This document shows, piece by piece, positions 40,760 to 52,384 of a DNA stretch of 64,000 nucleotides; positions within the stretch are counted from its first letter, which is position 1, and each line of letters starts with the position of its first letter. Source of the DNA: Paraspadella gotoi. Taxonomy: Eukaryota > Animalia > Chaetognatha. Location of the stretch: positions 10,314,053-10,378,052 of the forward strand of contig CM119267.1 of the NCBI GenBank assembly GCA_051294375.1, in the 5' to 3' direction. A program made the translations under genes and the position numbers. The notes under the pieces are model-generated. The model did not search any database, was not told where the DNA came from, and was given only the letters and a program-made list of their open reading frames with translations.

Positions 40760-42475
40760 TTAACTGCAATTCTGACGAAGTTTACTGCGAATCCGAGCTT
40801 CGCTGCGTCCCTCGAAACTCCGCTTGCGACGCCTGGCGGGAATCCCTCCAAGACGTCGTCCCCAGTCCGGCCGATCGTAAACGCGGCGGCGACGACGACG
40901 ACGACAACGACGTCACCGGGAATTCGAACACGATGATCGTCATCCTCGTCAGCGTCATCGGAGGTGAGGTGGCGACGCGATCGGTCAAACTAATCCCTTT
41001 TTTTTAGCTGCTGCTTTATCGCTTATCGTACAAAGAGAAATTAATAAACAATGTTAATTTTTTTTTCAATCATTAAAAAATTGTAATTTTTGACTAATGA
41101 AAAGTATGAAAAGTTAATTGCTTAATATTTGATCCTTTTAAGTTAGTTTAGATTTAATCGAAATCAAAACATTGTTGTCACTTTTAAGTTTAAACTACAC
41201 ATAATAAAATCCCAAGATTATTAACTTTATTCGTTATTTATCTTTGAAAAACTTTCCCGAAAAAAGGTGCGACCGCACAGAGAAAAAGGTCGACCTCTGA
41301 AAAAAAAGTTCACAATTTTTCCCACTAATTAAAAGGGATTTTCATTTTCATTCGAGCTCCGATGTGAAAATGACTCACGTTCCGAGTCACGTGATTTACC
41401 CGCAGGCGTCGTCGTCATCAACCTCATCCTCCTCATCATCTGCGTCTTCAAGCGACTCGACTCGCGGCGCGCCTCGAGAACGCCGCCCTCCGGCGCCACG
41501 ACGCCGTCTGGAACGGCGCCGACGCCCAGCGACGACCTCGAAAGCGGCGGTGGGCGCGGCGGAGTCGGCGGCGGTGTCGCCGGTTCGCGACCGCAAAGGG
41601 GCGCCCCTCGCGGTTCCAGCGCCCCCAGGAGGGATAACAACAACGCGGGTGAATCTCAATCGGTGGCGCCGTCCATCTACACCAACGGGTCTTTGTCCGA
41701 ACTCCACACCTACCCTTACCCGAGTCTCGAGAGCATCAGGTTCGTCTTTTTTATTTTTTTTTTTTTGCCTATTTTTTCTTATAAATTTAAATGTTTTATT
41801 TTACGACCCGAATAAAAGTTCGGAGAGTTTGACGATGTGTAATTTTCTTGAGATAATGGTACGAAAAAGTAAAAACGAGTGACTCACTTTAATGATACTA
41901 AATTGTTTTCGCCATTTATTCTTGATTTGAAAACATAATCAAAATTTCAAAAATGGTACTTTTGTAATCAATTATAATTATCTGCACTCGTTTTTATTCA
42001 TTTACAGCGTATAAGTTCTTACAACAAATTCATTCCAGTGCTCAGAACAGAAGACTTGTGGTTTACCTTTTGTTTTTTTTTCATGTCCAGAACCAACTCC
42101 CTGCGCTCTGGCGGGAACCCGCCGACTTACTCGGATGTTTTTCCTTGGATCGCTCTGGGCACTAACACGCTCGATGGCAGCAGTTTAAACACTCTCTCTT
42201 ACAACACGATAGATCGAACGCTGGGCGGCAGCATCAGTCCCGACGAAAAGCCTCCCGAATACCTGGAGCTCTGCGGAGAAATCACGGAGGCTTTTCTAAC
42301 GTCGCATCCCATAGAGCGAAGTCGGAGCGAAAGCGATCTGAGATGCTCTCCGGTTCGAACCCCGCCCCTGGACAATTTTCACAATAACGGAGAAGTCCGA
42401 CGAACCGACGACAACGGAAATGATAACCACAATAACAACTACGTCGGGGACGTAAACGACAACGGCCCGGCGTAA
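40760..42475 (+). CDS. 3' exons (40760-40963, 41406-41739, 42091-~42475) of a single-pass membrane protein with a partial LDL-receptor class A-like Cys module, TM and cytoplasmic PPxY motif; frame broken by indels in every copy
   Basis: NCNSDEVYCESELRCVPRNSACD; TM MIVILVSVIG|GVVVINLILLIICVF followed by KR; tail ..EDNNNAGESQSVAPSIYTNGSLSELHPTLPSLESIR|TNSLRSGG.PPTYSDVF. Canonical CAG acceptors and GT donors. Confidence 0.6.
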
Positions 42476-43559
42476 AACCGGCCTTTCTTTCACAATTCAC
42501 GAAGCATTCACTTAAACGCAGAAAAAAAATTCCATTTTTTTCTTGAGAAGTTTCGTCTCTACTCTTTTCTGTATTCCAGTAGTAAAATTATCCAAAGGTT
42601 TTTCCCCTCAACCATTTCCCCGAAAATCTACTGTGGCTTTACGAAATAGCACAAAAAAAATTCCGTAGACTGATTATGATTTAATATTAACATCTTTAGC
42701 GTCTACATTGTGATTGTTCGTTTTGCTTTATCTATTTCGCGATTATGTAATGCGTATAACTAATACGTTCCATGAAGCTTTGAAAAAAACAATTCACAAC
42801 TGTTCTTATTGAATCTGTGAGAATGAATTTATTAAAAGAAAACTCGTTTTTTCTTTTGACCAAATATTTGTAATACTTATTAGAACTCATAACTGTCGAT
42901 ACATTCTGAGTTCTGGCTAGCTCCTTCGATCATCATCATGTTATGAAGCTAACATACGTAGGAAAAAATAGTTTTAAATGATTTAAAAACGTTTAATAAT
43001 TCGAAGCCAATTAAACGAGAAAGATAATTTTCACCGTACGACAATCAACAAAGTATTTACACATTCTTAAAAAGCGAAACATATAATGAACGGAAAAGTA
43101 TAAAGGAAACAAACCGTGGCCCATAGATGGGCCTTCTGAGTTTTTTTTGTTTTGTTTTGTTTTTTTTCTATTTGCCCAAAAGAGGCAAAGATTCTATATC
43201 GTTGTAAACTCGAAAGGAGAAAAAACATGGCGTCGCTGGAAAAAAAAAGTTGAAGAAGAGAGGCAGTAAAGAGGGGCGGGGCGGAAAGGGAGGGAGGGTG
43301 AGGGAGGAAAGAAAAGGAACACGCTACGATTCTCACCGACGGAGATAACGGGAGGATGTGGACCGGACTGTGGACTGGGGAGTGGGGAGTGGACAAGGGA
43401 GAGATAAGGAGCTTGTGATAAAAATACGAGAAATTCTCCGATGGTCAGAAATTTAAAAATAAAAATCTCTCTGGAAACCAAGTGTCTACGTCTTAGTTGT
43501 TATCATCGGCGCGATTGCTGTAATCGTCGTCGTTGTTATTGCTCTGGTCGCCATCGTCT

Positions 43560-46500
43560 TCAAACGGCGGAGACTTGGCTGTCTTCGTCCTCGTCACCCT
43601 CGTAAGCAACGTCGGGCCGTTTGACGCTCGACCGAGAAGCTACATACGATTTGGTGGGGAGACGTTGGAACGATCGTCTCGAAGAGTTCAATTGACGCAG
43701 TTGACGGGCGTGGCTGATCTGTGCCGCCATTTGCGCCGCCACCGTATAGTCTGGCGGCGCCCGACGCGCCTGCGGGTGCGGCGTCGACGGAGGCGGTGGA
43801 GGCGGAGCATGATGCTGTGGATGTTGCTGCTGTTGCAGTTGAATCTGTTGCTGCTGAGCCCGATGGTGATTGTGAAAGCCGGAGGGGTAAGGAGGAGGCA
43901 GGAGGTGAGTGACTGGCGGAGGGGGCGGGGGTGGAATGGAGGGTAAGGGTGGAGGTGGGTGGAAAGAGGAGGTGGACGATGAGGAATTGTGTCGTCGGGC
44001 GGGAGGCGGGGAGTGCGCGGGAAATGAACTGATGGAGGCGCTGGAGCGACGAGAGTCGAAACCGGACGTGCCGCCGAAACTGCCGAAGCTGTCCCGGTCG
44101 CCGCCCCCGCCGCCGATGACTCCGACGGACCGTTGGATAGCCGGGTGGGGGAAGTCGGCCGAAGAAAAACTGTTCGTCCTGGAGGAATCGGAAGGATGAG
44201 GCGAGAGCGAGGAATGCGGCGCGACGGAAGAGTGGTCGCCCGCGGGATCAGATCCAGAACTGAAGGAACCCATCGTCACCGACTTCCTCATGGGGCCGCC
44301 GATAGAAAGCGCTGAGAAACTGTTCACCGACGAACTCTCCGCCGACAGAGGAATGCTGCCGCCGGCCCCGATTCGGCCGCCGCTCTGACGCGACGGATGC
44401 TGCCGTCCTGGGACGAGGGGATGATGCTGAGGTCGACGCGGAAACATCATGGGCGAGGTCGCCGGCGACGGCCCCATCGAGGGCGGCCGACCGAAGGGCA
44501 TTTCCGGGGCGTAGCTGGGATTGGCCGAGGGCGGCAGAGCGTGCTTCGAGGGCTTCGTTCCCTCCGACAGGGACATGAGTTTGCGGACGGCGTCGGGAGA
44601 CTGGGCGCCGAAACGCGGACCCGCCCACGGTGGGTGCTGCGGATGGAGATGCATCGGATGCGGGTGATGGAGGTGCTGTTGCTGACCGGCGCTGGAGACG
44701 CTAAAGCCGGAGGTGGAGCTGAGGGAGCTTCCTGGCCTCGAGACGGGCGTCGGCGCTGGAGACGAGTCGGACCTCTTCATCCCCAAAGGCGGCTCCAGTT
44801 TGACGGAGGCTTCGTGCAGCTTGTCCTCGTCGTCGACGATTTTTAAGTTGCTCAAATACGTCCTCACCTTCCGCGCCATCTGCGACTCTTCGTAAATCTT
44901 CTTGGCGCTGATCATGTACGAGTGACGCCGCGGGTGTCCGCGGCGTCGAAGCGTCGCCATTCCGTTCATGGTGACGCCGTGATGACCGCTCGATCCGGGA
45001 GAGGCGTTGACGTAGTCTTGCATCGCCTGAGCGTCGTATTTGGAGGAGCACATGTTGCCCACGTGGCGAATCTCCTTGGCCAGCATGCGAAGCTTCTCGA
45101 AGTTGATGAGGCCCTCGATTTTGGAATCGTTCCCCAGGCAGATGAAGGTCAAGTCCTTCTTGACGACGGGAAAGAAGGGGATCATGGGCGGCTGAACGTT
45201 TTCCGAGTTGAGGAGGTTCCGGTACTTGGCCATGTTGCGTGAGGGATCCATGACCTCCTGCAGGTCGGTGAAGAGTTTGGAATACTTGGTGGGCAGCTTC
45301 TCCCACGTGGCCCGGAGGCGGGAGACGGAGCCGTGGCCGAGCCCGCTGAGAATGGCGAACATGGAGTTAAAGTTTTTACATTGTTTGCAATATTTAGCGA
45401 TCTTGACGAAGTGCTTGAGGATCTTCATGCGGTTGACGCGGTTCGTTTCGGACGTTACTTCCGTCGACACCCAGAACATCTCCCTGTTGACGAGCTCCTC
45501 GAACCGCTCGAGCATGGGTTCTCCGTAGCGGGAGTCACGTTCGAAGAGGTTGTCGATAAACTCGGTGGGTTCGATCTCGGAGAAAACCTCGAAATCTTGG
45601 AGGGTGAGTTGAAAGGCGATTTCCATCGGGTTGAGCTGCAAGAAGGAGATGTTGGCCTCCTTGAGCATCTCCGCCGCAACCTCATCCGAAACGAGCTGCT
45701 CCGTGTTGTGGTTGGACTTGATGTAATACCTGGCGTTGAGAGGGATTCTCTGCGCCAGATCGTTGAGAATGTCGGGCAGGCGACTGTGCTTGATCAGGCC
45801 TCCATCTTGCACGGAGACTTGGCAGAGGGAAAAGTCCGAGCTGGACAGATCAGTGACACCGAATTCCTTCAACGCCAGCATCACCACCTCTTTCGCCGTT
45901 GTCTCTTTGTGAATCAACAAATATCGACATGTCTGGTCCGACCGGTAGACCCTGACGGCGAACTCGGGCATCTCGGAGGCCACGCCGGGGGCGTCGAGGT
46001 CGGGAAAGTCCGGCGCCGAGAGGTCGGGATTGGAGCTGCTTAGGTTTTTGCCGGAGACCAAAGATTTTCCGGTCGTCGGCGAAAAGAGATTCTCGTTGGA
46101 ATCGTTTAAGTGACTCGGACCCAAGAGATTCGACTTGGAATTGGAGTTGATGATCTTCCCCAACATGTTGCTGATCTTGTTCTTCTTCTTCCCCGCGTCT
46201 CTCGAATCCCTCGTCGGCGAGATGTGGTGATGCACCGGGACCTCGAGCGAGTTGGGCGCGAGGTTCTTGATTCGCGGAAGGGAGATGTCCCGCCGCGGCC
46301 GCTTGTGCCCGTCCCCGCCGAAGAGCATCTCCTTGAAGGCGAGAAAGTTGGTTTTGACGGATATGGAGAGGTGGGTGGATCCTTGGAGGATCTCGAAGGC
46401 CTTGGCGTTGGTGATGTGCTCGAAACTCTGCGTGTTGACGCTGAGGATTTGGTCGCCGCGCTTGAGGCCGGCCTCGAAGGCGCGGGAGTCACGGTCGATT

Positions 46501-49500
46501 TTGGAGACGAAAACGCCGTGGCCCTTTTCCCGGCCGCCGACGATGGCGAAGTCCAGCGGCTCGTCGCGCGACGACCTCTTGAGGATGATGCTGCGGGCGT
46601 GGGCCTTCGCCGCCGAGGCGATGTTCAACAACCGTAACTGACCCTGGAGAGCGAGAAATTGGGGCGAACGTTATTTAATCGATCGAACTTTAACGAGATC
46701 GGAAATTAAACCTTTGTTGTCCAAATAACTGCCAAATCAAAATTCAGCGAAAAAAGCCAGTCCCCTTTCACCCCGTTTTAATTATGCTAGGATTAAATCG
46801 CTCTATTAATCGGCGAAAAATTGATCGACATTTAGGTCTAAACCCTTGGATCACAGTTTCGAGGGAAACAACTAAAAACAATAACGACGACAATGAATCA
46901 AATCAGGATATGACTTCTTTCGTTACTTTTTAAATAATTCTCTTTAGAGAGAAAACGAAAATTTCGTTATAACAAAAACAAAAAACAAAAAAAGTTCAAA
47001 TACAATGTCTACAATGTCTACAATTGTCTAATAATTCTCTTGAAAATGATAAAATTAATGGGAATGGTATGAGGTTATAAATAACAGAGCTCTTGCTCGC
47101 TCTCTCTCTCTCTCTCTCTGATATAAAAAATAAAAAATGAATTCCTGTCAATTAACGCCGAAAATTCTTCAACAGACCCGACCAACCATTGAATTTATAT
47201 ATCACATTTATGAAATTGGTACAACCAATATAAAAATTATCCATTCATTTAATAAACAAGCTATCTTGCCCCTGACTTTGGACAGGCTTTGGCTTTGGCT
47301 CCATCACTCTTACAAGATAATGACAAAGCAGATCCCTGCAAGCTTTCAATCAAGACTCTCTCACAGTCTCGTTTATTCACTCCCAGAGTACCTAGCTTCC
47401 CTGTCAATGAAGTGGTATAATTTTTCAAAGAATGTTTCAATATAGGTTAATATAGGTTAAATCAGGATCGATTTAGTAGTTTAAGAAATGTACATTGTAC
47501 AAGGTGAGACACGACAGCCCGCCGCTAAAAAAAATTGTCATTTGCGAACTTGTAAACGTTTTTGTAATCTAAAAAATTTTTCTGTAGTAAAAACCTAAAT
47601 CATTTTATATTAATCCAAATTTCATATTGATTAGTTATGATTTGACTTGGCAATTACCCGGAAAAAGTTGCTTTAAAAATCGTCTTTCATTTTAAAACAA
47701 ATCTTTTTTTAAAATCTTTTTTGTCTAATGTTATTAATAGTTTATATAACTTTTAATAAAAAGGTATCAATATTAATATCTTCTGAAAGCTTTAAAAAAT
47801 TTGAAGATAATGACATATTTAAGAATATTATAATATGAAAATAAGCCTAACCAGCTTTAGTTTAATTAAAATAATCCAAATTAAAATTATAAAATCCTAA
47901 AATATATTTTTTTAAATATCTGACCTATTTTTATTATAATGATTTTACCAATTATTGTTTATATAGGTATCATAAAAAAGCTTAAAAAAAACTAAATTAA
48001 AATAGCTAACATTAATTTAATAATAATAATAACAATTTTTATTTTACAGTATTTTTAATTATGCCATTCTCTTCATATTTTTAAGAGGTTTCAGAAGACA
48101 TTAATATCGATACCTTTTTATATAATTTTTTTTAAAAAAACGTTTAAAAAATTAAACAGATTGAAGAAAAAAAAAGTTTAAAAATGAAACACGATTTTGG
48201 AGGCAACTTTTCTCCGCTTATTGCCAAGTAAAATCAAAACCAATCAATATAAAATTTGGATATATAAATGATTTAAGTTTTTATTACAGAAAAAAAATTT
48301 TAGATTAAAAAAAATCTTCACAAGTTTACTGTTGGAGCGTAATTCTCGTAATTCTCGTAATTCTCGTCCACCGGTGATTCTTCATAAAACCACCCCCAAC
48401 ATTACAACATACGATTTTTTTTAGCTGCGGGCTGTCGTGTGCCACCTTGTAATTATTCAGAATTAAAAACATTTAAAAAGTGATCAAGTTTTAAAAAAGT
48501 GTCGGTGTATTTTTGTACCTGCATCTGCGCCTCTTCGAGTCTGTCCTCGAACTTCTCCAAAAAGTCGCACATGTCGGCGTCGGTCTCGAAGTCGTTGAAA
48601 TGGTTGTTGACCCAGAGCAGCACCACCCTCGTGGCCTTGGCTCGGAGGTTGGGATCCTGGAACCACTCGAGCAGCCGGTCGGCGAGCGACTGCGGCGACT
48701 CGAGGAACGTCCTCGCGGTGAGGAGAAAGTCTTCCACGAAAGTGGGATCGACGGAGGAATGATCGGCCACCAAATAGTCGGTCAGTCGCTCGGGCGTCCC
48801 GCGGATGATGATCTGTCCCTGACGACTACGGTCGAGCGTCCGGTGCTCGGTGATCATAACCACCTCGCCCTCTTCCTCGTGCTTCCTCGTGTTCTCCTCT
48901 CCGCGATGAAGGATCCTGTAGTAATCCGTCTGCGCGATGCAGACGAACTGACAATCGTCGACGAGCGTCTTCATGACTCCCTTGTGGTAGAGCTTCTCAG
49001 TGGTGGGTGTGATGCCGAAGGAGTCGCCCACATCGAGGTATTCCACGGACTGGACGTCGGCGCGGGTGATCTCCACGCGACCGTTGAGAATGACCGACCA
49101 AGAGTCGAGTTCTTCCCCGTCGTTCATGACGACGGTTCCGGCGCGTTCGATGACGGCGAAGACGGTGCAGGCGCAAAATTCGCGCCGGACAGGATTGGTC
49201 ATATTGGCAAAGGCTGGGAGGTGACCCATGAAGTCGAGGAGGATCTCCACGTCCTCGTCGGTGCGGTCGGCGTGGTCCTTCTCGAGACATTCGCGGACCG
49301 AGTCGCGGTAGACGAGAGACGAGCCGAGAGATTCGAGATCTTCGTCGTCCGAATCCACGAAGCTCTCGACAAGGCCATTGAGGTCGACGTCGGCGGGATC
49401 CACGGGATCCTCCAACGAAGACTGCATCATGTCGCTGCCCGAGTAGGCCGAGGACGTGTCCGAGGCGTGGGAGGTGCGTTTGAGGAAAGAGTCGGTTCGG

Positions 49501-50036
49501 GCGAGGCCGTTGGAGACGGGCGGCGCCGGCGGAAACTCGGCGGGGAGCTGAGGCGGCGGGAGTTGATGATCGAAGACGGACACGTCGATGGATTCGACGG
49601 CGGCGGCGTCGTCGGCTGCGGCGTCCTTCAGGGCGTCGGTCGTCCCAACGCCCGGCGTCGCGGCGTCCGGATAGTCTACGTACAATAGTTCGGACGCTTC
49701 GAGGATGATGCACTCGTTCTGGCGTCGGCCGCAGCCGGGCGTCCGCCGTCCGAAACTCGATCGAGGGAGAAACATGGAGCCGTCGATGAAGACGGAGCCC
49801 GAGAGAAGGACGAACCAACAGGTGGACAACTCTCCTCGACAGTAGAGGATGTCGTTGGCCTCGTGCAGCTTGTAGCGCACCTTCGTCGCTAGAGACCGCA
49901 GCGACGATTCCCTCGCCGACGTCAACGCCTCCACGCCTACCAGGTAGGAGAAGATTCGGTTGACGTCGTCCTCGTCGCGGGACGAGGGAGTCTTGACGGC
50001 CGCGGCGCGAAGATCGGGGTCCACCACCTCGCCCAT
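43560..50036 (-). CDS. RAPGEF2: PDZ-GEF (Rap guanine nucleotide exchange factor 2/6 orthologue); 2 coding exons (50036-48519, 46643-43560), about 1533 aa
   Basis: Two cNMP-binding-like domains ([20 protein letters not shown]), REM ([26 protein letters not shown]), PDZ ([10 protein letters not shown]), RA, CDC25 GEF ([30 protein letters not shown]), PPDY, C-terminal QVSAV. The splice QMQ|GQLRLLNIA uses CAG|GTACAA..TCTCCAG|. Confidence 0.95.
47500..48449. mobile_element. Non-autonomous Tc1/mariner-like MITE or foldback element with long imperfect TIRs, in the RAPGEF intron
   Basis: Left TA|CAAGGTGAGACACGACAGCCCGCCGCTAAAAAAAA; right end reverse-complemented TA|CAAGGTGGCACACGACAGCCCGCAGCTAAAAAAAA. 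Inverted similarity continues inward for several hundred bp; TA target duplication; no ORF. Confidence 0.85.
48330..48401. mobile_element. 72-bp TGTTGG...CCAACA insertion with TTAC target-site duplication, nested in the MITE
   Basis: TTAC|TGTTGG..(TAATTCTCG)x3..CCAACA|TTAC; no counterpart in the left MITE arm and absent from the duplicate locus at about 58595-58615. Confidence 0.75.
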
Positions 50037-52384
50037 GGTGACGACGGGCGGGGTCGGCGCGGACGGAGGGGTGGAGAGGGGCGGGACCGGCGGCGCGAGC
50101 GGAACGGAAGGCAGGAAGTGTGATGAGCGAAGATCAAATGCATGGAGGCGACGGGTCAGGGGGTTGATTGTCGGCGGGCGACCTGAAGAAAAAGAGTAAA
50201 TAACCTTTTTTTTTTAAATTCGTGTTTAATAAATATTTATTTCCCTCTTCTAAAAGATTTAAAAATGAAAAGAAAATTTGAATAGAAATTGTGAATAATA
50301 CATATGTAATGTTCCTATCGAAGTCAAACATAAAAAAAAGGAATATTTTAATAGATCACAAGTTAAGAAGACAAAAAATTGGACCCGTCTCTTACATTTT
50401 ATTCAATTTTCCCGTATTTTCGTTTCCTTCGCGAGTCTTTCCCCTCGGGACTCGTTCGTGATCCGCCCTCAGCTTGAATAGGATCGTCCGCTGATTAGTT
50501 TAATCCTTCGCTAATACGAGAAGCCGCGGACTTTCGTCGAGAGAGAGAGTGAGAGAGATTCCTTTGCTCGTTTCACACACGAAAAAAAATTTCTTTTTGC
50601 CTGTTGGAGAGAGAGAGAGAGAAAGGTTTTTTAAGAAGNNNNNNNNNNNNNNNNNNNNNNNNNNNNNNNNNNNNNNNNNNNNNNNNNNNNNNNNNNNNNN
50701 NNNNNNNNNNNNNNNNNNNNNNNNNNNNNNNNNNNNNNNNNNNNNNNNNNNNNNNNNNNNNNNNNNNNNNNNNNNNNNNNNNNNNNNNNNNNNNNNNNNN
50801 NNNNNNNNNNNNNNNNNNNNNNNNNNNNNNNNNNNNNNNNNNNNNNNNNNNNNNNNNNNNNNNNNNNNNNNNNNNNNNNNNNNNNNNNNNNNNNNNNNNN
50901 NNNNNNNNNNNNNNNNNNNNNNNNNNNNNNNNNNNNNNNNNNNNNNNNNNNNNNNNNNNNNNNNNNNNNNNNNNNNNNNNNNNNNNNNNNNNNNNNNNNN
51001 NNNNNNNNNNNNNNNNNNNNNNNNNNNNNNNNNNNNNNNNNNNNNNNNNNNNNNNNNNNNNNNNNNNNNNNNNNNNNNNNNNNNNNNNNNNNNNNNNNNN
51101 NNNNNNNNNNNNNNNNNNNNNNNNNNNNNNNNNNNNNNAAAAAATTTAAAAAAAAGCGGGAAGAGATTTTTTTCCCCCTCGATTTCGAAACGAATCTCAA
51201 GTTTCACGCTGGTCTTTTAATTATATATTTTTTTAAATGTTTTTTTTTAATGCCTTAGTCTTTAAATTGTATATTTTTTTCGAATTTTAAAAAAAATTCT
51301 TTTGTCTTAAGCTTTCGTCGGACGATGAGAATCGATTCCTCTCATAAAAACCGGACTCGCATCCTCCTTTTTTTGCTTCTTTCTTTTTTTTTTTCAAGCT
51401 GGGGTTATTTCTTTTTTCTTTTCTATTCAGACGACAGGATATACGGATTCGGTCGAACGGACCAAAGACGGCGTGGGGAGATACGAGCGGAAAAGGAAGA
51501 AGAATTCATTTTTTTGAGGTCAGAGAGAGAGAAGGAGAGAAATGGATGAATGGGTTTTGTGACTTGTCCCTAAAAACTGCATCGCCACGACAACTGGGAA
51601 ATGAGAGAGAGAGCGAGAGAGAGAGAGAGAGNNNNNNNNNNATATAGAGATATAGAGAGCTTAAATTTTTATAATATTTAAGTAATTAGTGATGATAGAA
51701 AATGTTCAACGTTTTGAAAGATAAAGAGAGAGAAAGAAAGAGAAGGAGAGAGAAAGAAAGAGAAGGAGAGAGAAAGTGAGAGAAAGGGAGAGAAAGTGAA
51801 AGTGAGAGAAAGGGAAAAAAAGGGAAAGAAAGGGAGAGAAAGAGAATAAGAAAAAGATAGAAAAAGAGAGCTAAAAAGAGAAAAAGCAAATTTCTCTTCT
51901 GAAGAGCAAAAAAATTGACAAGTTTTTTTTGTTTTTCAATTTTTTTTTGTTTTTACTTTTTTTTTCCAAACGACTCAACGCTTCCTCGACCTGGCTAATG
52001 AGGTCTCCGACGACGACGACGACGACGACAACGACGACGATATAGATTATCGAACGTAAAGGTATGAGAAACTTTAACGTGGGATAATTTTAAAGCGCTC
52101 ATCCGTGAGAGAGGCGAAGAAGGGAGTGTGGGAGAGAGAGAAAAAAAAATTGAGCGGGAAAAAGAAAGAGAAAAAAGAAAAGGGAAAGAACGATATTAAC
52201 TTCTGACAGGTGAAAAGATTATTTGTTATTATTTCGGTAGCGAAAAGTTTTTCAAAACGACGGGCCAGGTTTCGAAAAATCGCGGTCGGGGCAAATCGCT
52301 TTCGGCCCATTTAAAAAAAANNNNNNNNNNNNNNNNNNNNNNNNNAAAAAAAGAAGAGAGATGAAACAATTTTCAGCAACAACA

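Noticed and set aside
47310-47445. Possible retroelement (Penelope/LINE) coding remnant next to the dispersed repeat
   Set aside because: Too short and interrupted to assign by eye.
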